In this document: positions 8,866-18,801 of the stretch, in pieces
How the letters are laid out: each line of letters starts with the position of its first letter
How positions within the stretch are numbered: the stretch's first letter is position 1
Source: a virus
Length of the DNA stretch: 64,000 nucleotides
Strand: one strand, 5' to 3'
IMG/VR virus record: IMGVR_UViG_3300045988_159421
Program-made: the position numbers and the translations under genes
The notes under the pieces: model-generated
The model's input: only the letters and a program-made list of their open reading frames with translations
What the model was told of the DNA's origin: nothing
Database searches by the model: none

Positions 8866-9318
8866 TTACTCTGATTCAACACAATCGAAATGTCTAAACA
8901 TTTCAGTTGCTTTTTCTTTGTTTTCTTCACTTTCTTTTACAAATCTTAATAAACCACCTACAAAGTAATCAAAATCTCTCCAACCATCTTCGTCATGGTA
9001 ACAATGTAAAAATGTATGTTTTTTACTTTCATCTAAATAAAATCTTACTTCATATATATTTTTTCCTACGTCTGCTGAATGATGTGTAATTTCTTTTGTA
9101 AAGTTATTTTCTAGATATTTATATATATCCCATTTGTTAACTTCGTTAAAGAATTTTTTTCTATTTATTACTGTCATTTTCTTTTCCCCTTCCTTTTTAC
9201 CTTCTTGAGCTAAGAAAGATAAACATAAACCTAATTGAGCTTGATAATCTACTTCTGGATATTGTTCTTTTATTTCCTTTGTCATTTTATGAGCTTCTTT
9301 CATTAAATTTCTTTTCAT
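8866..9318 (-). CDS. Hypothetical protein
   Basis: 150-aa ORF on the dominant coding strand. Confidence 0.5.
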   Translation of the reverse strand: MKRNLMKEAHKMTKEIKEQYPEVDYQAQLGLCLSFLAQEGKKEGEKKMTVINRKKFFNEVNKWDIYKYLENNFTKEITHHSADVGKNIYEVRFYLDESKKHTFLHCYHDEDGWRDFDYFVGGLLRFVKESEENKEKATEMFRHFDCVESE

Positions 9319-9465
9319 CTTTCTTACCCCTTTTCTTATTATTTATTATACTTATATTGTATATTAACCCCCGTTTATTGTCAACCTTATTTTTAATTTT
9401 TTATTTTTCTCATAAAAATAGACTAGAACTATCAGTTTTACTCTAATTCTAGTCTTATATTGATT

Positions 9466-9810
9466 TTAATTTTCCATTTTTCTTATAATTATTCTATCTC
9501 TATCAAATGATAACTCTATCTTTCTGTTTTCTTCATTGATTCCTAATTCATTTAACCAACTTTTAGGAATTGATGATACTCTAGCAGATGTATTTTTAAA
9601 CTCTGCTAATACGACTTTGTTTTTTATTAATTCAAAGAGTTTAACTCCTAGAATTTCCTCCAGTTGTTTTAAAGTTTCTGGTCTTGGAGTTCTATCTCCT
9701 CTTTCATATTTTTTTATAGTATCTACAGATACTTCTAACAACTCAGCAAGTCCTTTTTGAGTTAATCCCTTTTCTTTTCTTGCTGTTTTTATTTTTTCAC
9801 CCATTGTCAT
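9466..9810 (-). CDS. XRE-family HTH regulator with an AbrB/SpoVT-like C-terminus
   Basis: IKTARKEKGLTQKGLAELLEVSVDTIKKYERG HTH. The C-terminus ARVSSIPKSWLNELG is a swapped-hairpin-like segment. Confidence 0.6.
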   Translation of the reverse strand: MTMGEKIKTARKEKGLTQKGLAELLEVSVDTIKKYERGDRTPRPETLKQLEEILGVKLFELIKNKVVLAEFKNTSARVSSIPKSWLNELGINEENRKIELSFDRDRIIIRKMEN

Positions 9811-11258
9811 TGTTCTATCTCCTTTTCTATTTCTCTTAGAATTCTATCTCTATTTGTAGTATTTATATATCTTATTTTACTGTTTTTATCCTTATTTTCT
9901 ATAACTTTATAGTACATACCATGAGAATTTACTTTTGTATTTATGAATATGTAATTTTTACCTTTAAGTAAAGCAACATCAAAGTTTTCTACACCTGCAG
10001 CAATAAAGGTCCAATTAGGTAAAACTTCCTTCATTGTATTGATCCAGTTATTAGTTCCACCAAAACAAATAGCATTCAAATTATTTAACTTATCTATATC
10101 GACCTCATTATTAGTAGGCGGAGTATCTTCACAATTAGATAAATTAAACATTAAATTTCGTAACTGATGTAATTCATCTTCTACATCTGGTTGATTTTCG
10201 ATAGATTTTAATAAGTGATTATTTTTCTTTTCTAATCGAGTATTTTCTTCAACTAGTTTCTTAATCTCTTCGTCTAATTGTTTTTTTAGACGGGCATTTT
10301 CTTGTTTTAAGTCGTTATTTTCTTTTCTTACTCGACTTAATTCAGATTCTTTTTTCTCTATTAATTCTTTTAAATCCTCATTTAAATTAGAAAAACAATA
10401 TCTTTTAGCTTCTTTATATGCTTTAAGTAAATATCTAATTTGTAAAGCAGGACCTAAAAATTTATATAATTCTTTATAGTCCATTTCTTTATGTGTTAAA
10501 TTCCAACAACAAATTAATTCTTGAATTTCTTTATCTTTTAGTTCGTTATTTATCAAAGAAGGTAATGCTATATCCTCTAGATCATAAATATATTCAAACG
10601 AAACATTAAATATTTGTTCTTCTGTCATTTTTTCAAGCATAATTTTACCTTCTTCTAAAATTACATAAGTAAATCCGTTAAAATTAAATTCTGGATATAT
10701 GTTTTTAAATTTAAGTTCGATATCTTTTAACTCTTTTTTATCTTCTTTACTTATATTTTTATATAAAATTGGATAATCTTTTGCAAGATATTCATTTCTG
10801 ACTAATAGTGAATTACAAAAGTCTTGGTATAATCCATCATGAAAATTAATTTCTTTACCTTCTAATTGTGCTAAAACAAGTACCGCTAATAAAAATCCAT
10901 CTATTTCGTTATTTTTAAAAAATTTAGGATTATTTTGCTTTAAAAAATCACTCAAATTGACAATATTAGAGTTTTTAACTAATTGATTTGACTTTTTATA
11001 AGTCATTCTTAAAAGCCATGATGTGTTTTTTACATCATCATCTAAAATAATTCCCAATGCTTTTTTAAAATAAAACTCTTGTTCAATCGTTCCATCAAGC
11101 TCGATTTTGTAATATTTATGATTTCTAGCTAATTTAAGGTATTTCTCTTTATTTTGACTATATAGCTTATCTATATGTTTATAAGCTATTTTACTTGTTG
11201 CTAAAACTTCACATAAAAAATACGTGATATCTAATTCCATTCCCTTTCCTTCTTGCAT
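9807..11258 (-). CDS. Coiled-coil protein with a C-terminal DUF2325-like domain (tentative)
   Basis: Long heptad-rich centre. C-terminus ICFGGTNNW...FIAAG...INTKVNSHGMYYKV. 4-nt overlap with the downstream XRE gene. Confidence 0.45.
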   Translation of the reverse strand: MQEGKGMELDITYFLCEVLATSKIAYKHIDKLYSQNKEKYLKLARNHKYYKIELDGTIEQEFYFKKALGIILDDDVKNTSWLLRMTYKKSNQLVKNSNIVNLSDFLKQNNPKFFKNNEIDGFLLAVLVLAQLEGKEINFHDGLYQDFCNSLLVRNEYLAKDYPILYKNISKEDKKELKDIELKFKNIYPEFNFNGFTYVILEEGKIMLEKMTEEQIFNVSFEYIYDLEDIALPSLINNELKDKEIQELICCWNLTHKEMDYKELYKFLGPALQIRYLLKAYKEAKRYCFSNLNEDLKELIEKKESELSRVRKENNDLKQENARLKKQLDEEIKKLVEENTRLEKKNNHLLKSIENQPDVEDELHQLRNLMFNLSNCEDTPPTNNEVDIDKLNNLNAICFGGTNNWINTMKEVLPNWTFIAAGVENFDVALLKGKNYIFINTKVNSHGMYYKVIENKDKNSKIRYINTTNRDRILREIEKEIEQ

Positions 11259-11635
11259 GTTTTATACCTCCAGTCTCCTTATAGATGCTAAAAGCCCAGC
11301 TTTCGCTAGGCTACATTCTTTTTGTAAAACAACTACAACCTCCAGGAACTAAAGTTCCTTTCTTTGTGCATTTTGCACTTAACATAGATGCTAAATAATA
11401 ATACTTACATATAAAACATTTACTGTATTTACTCATATAAATCTCCTTTCCTCCCACCCTTATATTAAGACGAGTATTATAGTGGGTTCGCCTTTATATT
11501 ATTTATTTTACTTTCATAACACAATTAAATCATGTCAGAAAGTGTGCCTTTTCTCCTATCGCCAATTTACAAGGGCTTTAGACCTTTACCTTTCGGTAGC
11601 TGGTTTAGAGAAGGAGCAAATGCTCCTTGTTGTTA

Positions 11636-11860
11636 TTATGCTAAATATTCATCAACTGTTGCTGGAAAGTCATATCCATATGGTCTTTCTACTATGTTAT
11701 CAAGTATTTCTTGTTCTACATCATCTGCTACAACTCCAAATAAATCTCCATCTTCGTCATAAACTAAATCGTATTCGATTTCTCCTGATACCCAATCATA
11801 CGTTTTTATGTTTTCTTCCATTTCTACTATACTTCCATTCATTTTTTGTACTTTCATCAT
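11636..11860 (-). CDS. Small acidic hypothetical protein
   Basis: 74-aa ORF followed by a hairpin. Confidence 0.45.
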   Translation of the reverse strand: MMKVQKMNGSIVEMEENIKTYDWVSGEIEYDLVYDEDGDLFGVVADDVEQEILDNIVERPYGYDFPATVDEYLA

Positions 11861-12042
11861 TTTCTTAACCCCTTTCGTTTATCTTTATCTTATATTTATA
11901 TAATATATCAAACCCCGTTTATTGTCAACCTTATTTTAAAACTTTTTCAAATTTATTTTTCGACAATAAAAAACAGGCTAGAATTAACTAACCTGTTTTC
12001 GTGAATGGGCGTTTACATCCCTATTTTTTAAATTCATTCATA

Positions 12043-12387
12043 TTACACACCTTCAAAGCTCCAACCATTTTCTCCAACTACCTCTAAAATCTCTTTTAAA
12101 GTATAGTTCTCAAATGGATGTCTATCATAAATCCCATGTGATATATCTTCACTATCAAAAGTGTAATTATATACAGACCAATCATAATCTTTTGCTTCTG
12201 CTTTGCTCATGCAATCTGTATCTTCTATATTTTCAAAACTTATAAAATCCCAGCAACATGGATGTACTAAGTCATGTCTAAATCCTTTCACCTTATTATA
12301 TGTTATATATATTCCACTCTTAAAAAATTTAGATGATTCATACATTTCCATCAAATATTCATCACTTAGAAATTTTAATTTATCCAT
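12043..12387 (-). CDS. Hypothetical protein
   Basis: ORF overlapping the stop of the dCMP deaminase gene. Confidence 0.5.
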   Translation of the reverse strand: MDKLKFLSDEYLMEMYESSKFFKSGIYITYNKVKGFRHDLVHPCCWDFISFENIEDTDCMSKAEAKDYDWSVYNYTFDSEDISHGIYDRHPFENYTLKEILEVVGENGWSFEGV

Positions 12388-12841
12388 AGTATCCCCCTTT
12401 TATATCAAAATTAACTAATTCAATTTCTGCTTCTTCTAATATTTCACTTGATAATTCATCAGGATAATCTCCTAAATAAACTATTTTTTCTATTCCTGCA
12501 TTTATACACATCTTTGCACATAATACACAAGGTTTTGTAGTTACATATAACGTAGAATGATTTATATTAACTCCATTGTAAGCTGCTTGAATTATAGCAT
12601 TTTGTTCAGCATGTAAAGCTCTACAAAGTTCATGTCTTTGTCCTGATGGTATTTTTAGTTGTTCTCTTTTGCATCCTATTTCTTCACAATGTTTTAATTT
12701 TTTAGGTGCTCCATTATAACCAGTCGCTAGAATTTGTTTATCTTTTACAATAACTGCTCCTACTTGTCTTCTAATACAAGTTGAACGTTTCTTTACTATT
12801 TCAGCAATTTCCATAAAATACTCATCCCATGTTGGTCTCAT
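12380..12841 (-). CDS. Deoxycytidylate (dCMP) deaminase
   Basis: HAEQNAI and PCVLCAKMC zinc-binding motifs of the CDA/dCMP deaminase fold. Confidence 0.85.
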   Translation of the reverse strand: MRPTWDEYFMEIAEIVKKRSTCIRRQVGAVIVKDKQILATGYNGAPKKLKHCEEIGCKREQLKIPSGQRHELCRALHAEQNAIIQAAYNGVNINHSTLYVTTKPCVLCAKMCINAGIEKIVYLGDYPDELSSEILEEAEIELVNFDIKGGYYG

Positions 12842-12852
12842 AATTATTTCTC

Positions 12853-14733
12853 CTAATCATATCCATGTTCTTTTTTAAATTCAATAAACCATTTTCTTAA
12901 AGCTAAGTATTTTTCTTCTCTAGTATCCACTTCTTCTTTTGTAGGTTTTCTACCACAACTATGCTTATTACCTTCGGGACAATATCCTAATTTTTCACAG
13001 TTAGGAACTAAATATGTTTTGTATCTCGGCTCTATTTCTACTACTTGTTTGACCATTTCTTTTACTATTGTTCTAATTGGCAACTCTGCTCGTGTGCAAA
13101 GTCGTATATTTGCTAGATGCATTAAACATTCTAGGTTAACTGCTATATTACATTCTGTTGCTACTCCAATAGGTAATATTGTTCTAGCTATCTCATTAGC
13201 TTTTTCTCCTGTTATACCACCATCTTCTAAGAAAGTTTGTATATAGTTATATTGGGCATTAACTATATCTTCTTGGTCTTTTATTGTCTTAACCATATAT
13301 GGACTATCTAGTAACTCTGGAGCTATATATATACTTACCTTTCCATCTTTATTACAATATCTTAAGCTTTGTACATTAGTTACAAATCCTTGTGTATGTC
13401 TTACTATCTGATCTACGCAATTTCCACACCAAACTGCTTTCCCATTTCTTCTTACAAATATTATATGGTTAGGAACATTTACACAATAAACTTGGCCTTC
13501 GTAATGTTTAACCGTTTTATGTTTTTTCAATGATACATGAGGGTATTTATTTCTAGTGTTGAAACTTACATTGATAACATATCCTACATAATTACATTTT
13601 ACTGTTTTGTTGCATATTTGTATTTTCTCACCAACCAAATTTTCATTTCTAGTGTATATCATTGCAGACCATCCTGCTAAAAAGCATAATTGTTGCAATT
13701 GATTAGCCAATATTTCGGAACAAGTATAAAATTTGCCACATCCATTTTTGTCTAAATGCCCATCTCCTCTGAAATATTCATTTAAGAAAATCTGAGCATA
13801 TTCTTTATTAAATTCATCATATATATTTAATGGTATATATTTGTTAGATGCAGTCCCTAATTGTTTTAAAAATTTGCCTAATGTTAAACTATTAAATCTT
13901 ATATCTCTATCTGTTACAGTTGGTGCAAATCCTAATTTTATTATTATGTCTTGTATATCTTCTTTTGTATGATTTTCTATATTTTTTTTACAATTTGTTT
14001 GTGATATTGAAATAACATATTTATTTTCTTTTTCGTTATAATATGTTGATCCATCAGATAAATACCATGCTAAAAATTTATAAAATGTTTTTCTATCTAA
14101 TTCTAAATCTCCAGTATACATATTACAATCTCCACCATTATTTGTTTTTTTCTTATATGTATAACCTTTAATTTTATATATATTCGGTAAATTATTTATA
14201 CCTTTATATTCAAATTCCTTTGTAAGTTTTATTCTATTTACATTTATATCCTTTATAGGTGTTAAATAAGTTTTATCCTTGTCTTTTCTAACATCATATT
14301 TTTTATAATATATATTATGGTTCTCAGTTATTGCAAGGTCGACATTTTCACTTTTAATAAAAAACATATTCCCATTATAGTTTTCCACTATTTTTTCTTT
14401 TATTTTATGAAATTCCACCTTTTTAGTTGTATCATTTAAAGTTGCTACTATTTCATCTTCTTTTATGTCTTTGATAAACTTCCAGCCTTCTAAGGTTAAT
14501 ATTTCAGTTTCTTCATCGTAACAACTTCTAGGTATATTTCTAAGAGTAAACCAAGCATATAAATGTCTACTTCCACTTAGATGTCCACTCTTAAGACAGC
14601 TTTCTCCAACTTTCTCTGCATATTTTGGATCAGTGTTATAACATACTGTAGCCATAAGGCCATGCTTTTTAACAAACTCTTTTACTTCTTCTGGGTTTTG
14701 TAGTTCTATTTTAAAATCATTTAGTGTAAACAT
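12853..14733 (-). CDS. thyX: ThyX-like flavin-dependent thymidylate synthase interrupted by an intein
   Basis: The exteins join to give ...[30 protein letters not shown], the ThyX RHR...SxRY region (here RHT). Confidence 0.75.
   Translation of the reverse strand: MFTLNDFKIELQNPEEVKEFVKKHGLMATVCYNTDPKYAEKVGESCLKSGHLSGSRHLYAWFTLRNIPRSCYDEETEILTLEGWKFIKDIKEDEIVATLNDTTKKVEFHKIKEKIVENYNGNMFFIKSENVDLAITENHNIYYKKYDVRKDKDKTYLTPIKDINVNRIKLTKEFEYKGINNLPNIYKIKGYTYKKKTNNGGDCNMYTGDLELDRKTFYKFLAWYLSDGSTYYNEKENKYVISISQTNCKKNIENHTKEDIQDIIIKLGFAPTVTDRDIRFNSLTLGKFLKQLGTASNKYIPLNIYDEFNKEYAQIFLNEYFRGDGHLDKNGCGKFYTCSEILANQLQQLCFLAGWSAMIYTRNENLVGEKIQICNKTVKCNYVGYVINVSFNTRNKYPHVSLKKHKTVKHYEGQVYCVNVPNHIIFVRRNGKAVWCGNCVDQIVRHTQGFVTNVQSLRYCNKDGKVSIYIAPELLDSPYMVKTIKDQEDIVNAQYNYIQTFLEDGGITGEKANEIARTILPIGVATECNIAVNLECLMHLANIRLCTRAELPIRTIVKEMVKQVVEIEPRYKTYLVPNCEKLGYCPEGNKHSCGRKPTKEEVDTREEKYLALRKWFIEFKKEHGYD
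13420..14523 (-). mobile_element. Intein with a LAGLIDADG homing endonuclease domain (368 aa)
   Basis: Starts at Cys ([10 protein letters not shown]) and ends ...VWCGN, followed by a +1 Cys. Internal LAWYLSDGS and [11 protein letters not shown] blocks. Confidence 0.75.
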
Positions 14734-14734
14734 A

Positions 14735-15058
14735 TTATTTTTCCTCCCATTCTTCTAATTCTTTTCTCAAATGATTTAATTTTGCCCATGCATAGTTAAA
14801 TTTTTCTGTTCTTTCAAATACATAATTTCCTTGATAATCTCTTGTGAATTTAATTTTTAACCATGATAAAGCTAATGCTAAATATGTACTTTTTACAATT
14901 TTCTTTTCCTTTGTATCTACAGGTTTAGTTTGTTTTATAGGTCCTTGGCCATTAAGTTGTCTACATTTCTTTTCATCAGGATCTAAAAACATACATAAGT
15001 CATTAATTTTAGAACATTTTATTTGTTTCCCCACTTTTGTTGCATGTTTGCATTTCAT
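14735..15058 (-). CDS. Hypothetical protein
   Basis: 107-aa ORF. Confidence 0.45.
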   Translation of the reverse strand: MKCKHATKVGKQIKCSKINDLCMFLDPDEKKCRQLNGQGPIKQTKPVDTKEKKIVKSTYLALALSWLKIKFTRDYQGNYVFERTEKFNYAWAKLNHLRKELEEWEEK

Positions 15059-15206
15059 AAATTTTAACTTCCTCCCTCATTTTACCTTTAGTTAGACAGC
15101 CACAATCTTTGCATTGACTGACTACTCCATAATCTATTTCCAAGAAGAACACCATACCCCCACAAAGAGGGCAGGCATTCTCTTTTCCTCCTAAGATTTT
15201 TCTCAT
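15009..15206 (-). CDS. Small zinc-ribbon protein
   Basis: CPLCGG ... CKDCGC Cys pairs. Confidence 0.4.
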   Translation of the reverse strand: MRKILGGKENACPLCGGMVFFLEIDYGVVSQCKDCGCLTKGKMREEVKIYEMQTCNKSGETNKMF

Positions 15207-15306
15207 GTTTTCACCACTTTATAGATTCTATTATCTCGGGTATTGAAGTTTTAGAGTGGTATGGTTTAATATCTAACCAACTCTAAACTCCTACCTAATA
15301 TGTGGT

Positions 15307-15486
15307 TTATAAAACATTTTCAAAAAATTCTTGATTTAATTTATCATACAAATTTTCTAAAGTTTCTAATTCTATTTGCTTATCTTGAAAATCTTTTAAT
15401 GAACCATGTTTATGTAAATAACCACATTCATCATTAACTCTTTCTATCTCTAATTCTATAAAACTCATTATATTTGAATCATTCAT
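15307..15486 (-). CDS. Hypothetical 59-aa protein
   Basis: ATG behind an AGGAGG RBS, immediately after the transposase-like gene. Below the ORF-track length cutoff. Confidence 0.45.
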   Translation of the reverse strand: MNDSNIMSFIELEIERVNDECGYLHKHGSLKDFQDKQIELETLENLYDKLNQEFFENVL

Positions 15487-15495
15487 ATTGTCCTC

Positions 15496-16803
15496 CTATA
15501 ATATAAGTTTAAAATCATCTAAATCAACTTCAAAGCCTTCTAGTTCAATACTTCTAGGTTTATCAATTAAATCAGGTGTCATAAAGAATGAAGTCATTTT
15601 CATATCCTTAGTAAATTTAGGTCTTTTAGTAGCATTTGTACCATATAATACTTTAGCTCTTAGTACTTCATAACTATAACCTTTGCCAGCCTTTTCAACA
15701 CTTTTAATAACGTTATTTATAGACTCTGTATAAGCGTTTGTATAAGGCTGTAAGAAATAATTGAATATTTCATGCTTATTATTGTTGTAAGTTCTTTGAA
15801 GGTCTTTAAAAGCTTTAAAATCATCTGGTATTCTACATTCCCATTCATAGTATCTTTGAAACGCTTCATATCTATCTTCTGATGTATAAATATCTCTTAT
15901 TGTTTCTTTTAACCAATATGCTACACCAAGCTCTGGGAACTCCTCAAACCAAGTATCTCTAAGTATTATGTCTTTTTCTTTTAGGTCTTCTTTATTTTTT
16001 AATAATACCCATCTGTCATTTGTTAAAATTCGTTTCCTATCATTAGGCAAATTAGATTTAACTTGTTTTCTAACAGTATCTAAAGCTCTTTGAGCATATT
16101 GGATAACGTGAAATTTATCAACTACTACAGTAGCACTAGGTATTAATTCTCTACAAGCATATCTATAACCACTCCACATATCTATTGTAACTACTTCTAT
16201 ATCCTTATAACCTTCCATGCTCTGAATTGTATTTTTAACAGTTTTTTTAAGATTGTCTTCGGTTATTTCAAGTAATTTATTATTTTCTGTGTCTGTGAAT
16301 ACACCTCTCATTTTCTTATTTAAATGAGCCTCATCTATTCCTAATACTCTAGGTGCTTTTATAATTCTATCTGCATCTAATCTAGCTATTTCTTCTTTAA
16401 AATATTTTCTTACTGAAGTATGAGATAGTCCACAATCATATCCTACTTCTAAAAATGGCTTCCTAAGGCTTTGTTGTTGAATATATTGCTTTAGTCTAAG
16501 AGTAACTTTATCATTTCTCTCAATACTGTAGAAAGGCTGATAAAAGGTTTTACCACAACAAGGACATTTATATCTGATATGTTTTAAAACTAATATAACT
16601 GGTTTTCCATGAATAGGTATATCTTGAATTTCTCTTTCCTTACTACTATGTATCGTAAAATTCCTTGTATCTCCCATAACAGGTGCTTCATCCCATAAAC
16701 ATTGGGTACATACTATTGGTCTTTCTTTTGCTACGATTGTAAACTTATAATAATATTCATTTTCTTCTTTTTTAATTACTTCAAATTCTGGTAAATTTAA
16801 CAT
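15496..16803 (-). CDS. ISL3-family transposase homologue (no terminal inverted repeats seen)
   Basis: N-terminal zinc finger (CTQC...CPCCG), GIDEAH, VTIDMW, VDKFHV and NAYTESINNVIK blocks typical of DDE_Tnp_ISL3. Confidence 0.75.
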   Translation of the reverse strand: MLNLPEFEVIKKEENEYYYKFTIVAKERPIVCTQCLWDEAPVMGDTRNFTIHSSKEREIQDIPIHGKPVILVLKHIRYKCPCCGKTFYQPFYSIERNDKVTLRLKQYIQQQSLRKPFLEVGYDCGLSHTSVRKYFKEEIARLDADRIIKAPRVLGIDEAHLNKKMRGVFTDTENNKLLEITEDNLKKTVKNTIQSMEGYKDIEVVTIDMWSGYRYACRELIPSATVVVDKFHVIQYAQRALDTVRKQVKSNLPNDRKRILTNDRWVLLKNKEDLKEKDIILRDTWFEEFPELGVAYWLKETIRDIYTSEDRYEAFQRYYEWECRIPDDFKAFKDLQRTYNNNKHEIFNYFLQPYTNAYTESINNVIKSVEKAGKGYSYEVLRAKVLYGTNATKRPKFTKDMKMTSFFMTPDLIDKPRSIELEGFEVDLDDFKLIL

Positions 16804-16870
16804 TCTCCCACCTCTTTATTTAAAATATTACTAGATTGTAACAAATTTCAAGGTGGGTGTAAATAGATTT

Positions 16871-17626
16871 TTATGAAATGTTTTCAATTCTATCTTTTGC
16901 TATATTAAAATAATTTTCATCTAATTCAATTCCTACAAACCTTCTATTTGTATTCATACAAGCCACACCCGTACTACCACTACCCATTGTAAAATCTAAT
17001 ACTAAATCATTTTCATTGGTATAAGATTTAATTATCCATTCCATTAATTCTATAGGTTTCTCTGTAGGATGTAAGGGCTTCTTACCGCCAGCACTAACTC
17101 TATTTATTTTTCTTATAGTTGTAGGAGTTCTTTTTCCTTCATTTATCCAAGTTCCACTATTATCTGATTTAAAATTTGTATCATTTTTCCCATTAGTTCT
17201 GTTATTTTTTCTTATATATGGATTTCCTTCATCACATATTCTATTATAGTTAGGTTGTTTTTCGTAAAAAACACTTATATTTTCATGGATATTAAGTGGT
17301 TTTCTATTTGCATTTCCAAAATCAGTACCCTTATCTTTTTGCCATATTATCTCATATCTAAAATCTTTCAAATTACTCATATTTAAAGCACTTGTAAATG
17401 GTTGATTTCCAAATAAAATAATAGGAGTATTTTTCTTTTTTAATTTATTTAATCTTTTCCACATTTCATCAAAAGGTATTATTTTATCCCATTCACAAGT
17501 TTTAGTTATTTTTCCATAAGGTGGGTCTGTAATTATAGCATCAAACTTTACTCCCAAGCTAATTAATCCATCCATTACTTCTAAACAATCTCCTTGATAT
17601 AATCTATATCTTCCATTTTCAATCAT
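16871..17626 (-). CDS. DNA methyltransferase (N6-A/N4-C, beta class)
   Basis: ITDPPYG catalytic motif at the N-terminus and DFTMGSGSTG SAM motif at the C-terminus. Confidence 0.8.
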   Translation of the reverse strand: MIENGRYRLYQGDCLEVMDGLISLGVKFDAIITDPPYGKITKTCEWDKIIPFDEMWKRLNKLKKKNTPIILFGNQPFTSALNMSNLKDFRYEIIWQKDKGTDFGNANRKPLNIHENISVFYEKQPNYNRICDEGNPYIRKNNRTNGKNDTNFKSDNSGTWINEGKRTPTTIRKINRVSAGGKKPLHPTEKPIELMEWIIKSYTNENDLVLDFTMGSGSTGVACMNTNRRFVGIELDENYFNIAKDRIENIS

Positions 17627-17713
17627 TCAATCACTCCTATTCAACCACTCTAATATTTCAAGAAAGTATATATTATTTATTATTAATTGTTTATCTATAA
17701 CCACCTTTAAGTT

Positions 17714-17902
17714 TCAATACCCTTCATGTTCTTCTCCTATATACCAATCTTCTGGAATATCCTCTAAAGTGCAACTCCCTAGTATATCATATATAGGGCA
17801 GTTACCTGATTCATACATATCATCACATTGTTTACCTGTAACAGATTTACAAGTTTGTTGAATTACTCTAAGTGCTTTTATTAACTCTTTTCTATCTTCC
17901 AT
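17714..17902 (-). CDS. Small Cys-containing hypothetical protein
   Basis: 62-aa ORF. Confidence 0.45.
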   Translation of the reverse strand: MEDRKELIKALRVIQQTCKSVTGKQCDDMYESGNCPIYDILGSCTLEDIPEDWYIGEEHEGY

Positions 17903-18120
17903 TAATCTGTCTCCTTATTTAATCTTTCTATCTCTCTATTTAAATACCATGATGCTTTTTTAAGGTCCTCTAATTCTTTATTTGAGTCTTTTTTACCAGC
18001 TCTAGAAACATATTTAATTACATTACCTCTAGCAAAATTTAGTTGTTTATCTTCAATAAAATCCATTACCTCTATATTTCCATCAGTATAATGTGATGGA
18101 TGGTTAACTGGGTCATTTAT
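17902..18120 (-). CDS. DUF3310-like phage protein; start unclear
   Basis: NHPSHY...IE..DFI...NF..GNVIKYVSRAG.K...EDLKKA.WYL pattern. The first in-frame ATG comes only at 18066, and the frame continues upstream through a TAA at 18121-18123. Confidence 0.45.
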   Translation of the reverse strand: MNDPVNHPSHYTDGNIEVMDFIEDKQLNFARGNVIKYVSRAGKKDSNKELEDLKKASWYLNREIERLNKETD

Positions 18121-18285
18121 TTATTCTATTTCTTTTTTAGAATTTTCACATACTTCTTTTATTGTATATATTTTTTCTTCCCAATGTTCACAAGCTTGGT
18201 GTATGTTTGTTAGTAAAAAGATTTTACATTCATTATTTACGTAATTTTTACAGTTTTCACATTTTTTTAAAAAATCATTACTCAT
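18121..18285 (-). CDS. 54-aa Cys-rich hypothetical protein
   Basis: ATG overlaps the yopX stop (TAATG). In frame with the downstream DUF3310-like segment. Confidence 0.35.
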   Translation of the reverse strand: MSNDFLKKCENCKNYVNNECKIFLLTNIHQACEHWEEKIYTIKEVCENSKKEIE

Positions 18286-18677
18286 TATTTCACCTCCAAT
18301 AGCTCTGGATTTTCAAACTTATTTCCTATTATTTCAGATACAGTCCATATACTTGGTGACATAAAATTACTTTTATCACTATTTAATGCATCAAAACAAG
18401 CATCTTCCTTATCCCAAACTACTAAATAATTTTCATATTTGCCATTATGCAGTTTGCATTTTACTATATCTCCCTCATATATTTCATTTCCGTTAGCATC
18501 TTTACAACCTGTATATTGTCCGGCACTTTCCTTATCTACAATAAATACTTCTCTAATACCAGCTGTTACATATGCATTAGATGAACCATCTATAAAAATT
18601 GATTGATGTAATCCATAACCATAAACCCATCTTTTATCGAATTTGTCATACCCTCTGAATTTTATTTCTCTATTCAT
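18285..18677 (-). CDS. YopX-family phage protein
   Basis: IKFRGYDK...RWVYG N-terminus and overall size are typical of YopX. Confidence 0.65.
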   Translation of the reverse strand: MNREIKFRGYDKFDKRWVYGYGLHQSIFIDGSSNAYVTAGIREVFIVDKESAGQYTGCKDANGNEIYEGDIVKCKLHNGKYENYLVVWDKEDACFDALNSDKSNFMSPSIWTVSEIIGNKFENPELLEVK

Positions 18678-18801
18678 AATCTTCCTCCAATTCCTTTTCA
18701 GCTAATTTAATAGCATCAATAGGTTTATATCCCTTTTCTATGTATTTCTTAGCCAGTTCGACTAATTCTTCGTATCTTGCTAATATCGTTCTAATCACCT
18801 C

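Noticed and set aside
11440-11640. c-di-GMP-I (GEMM) riboswitch.
   Set aside because: Only the GAAA tetraloop hairpin and an AAAGCC-like segment resemble the consensus. The second G+C-rich helix and the receptor could not be found by eye.
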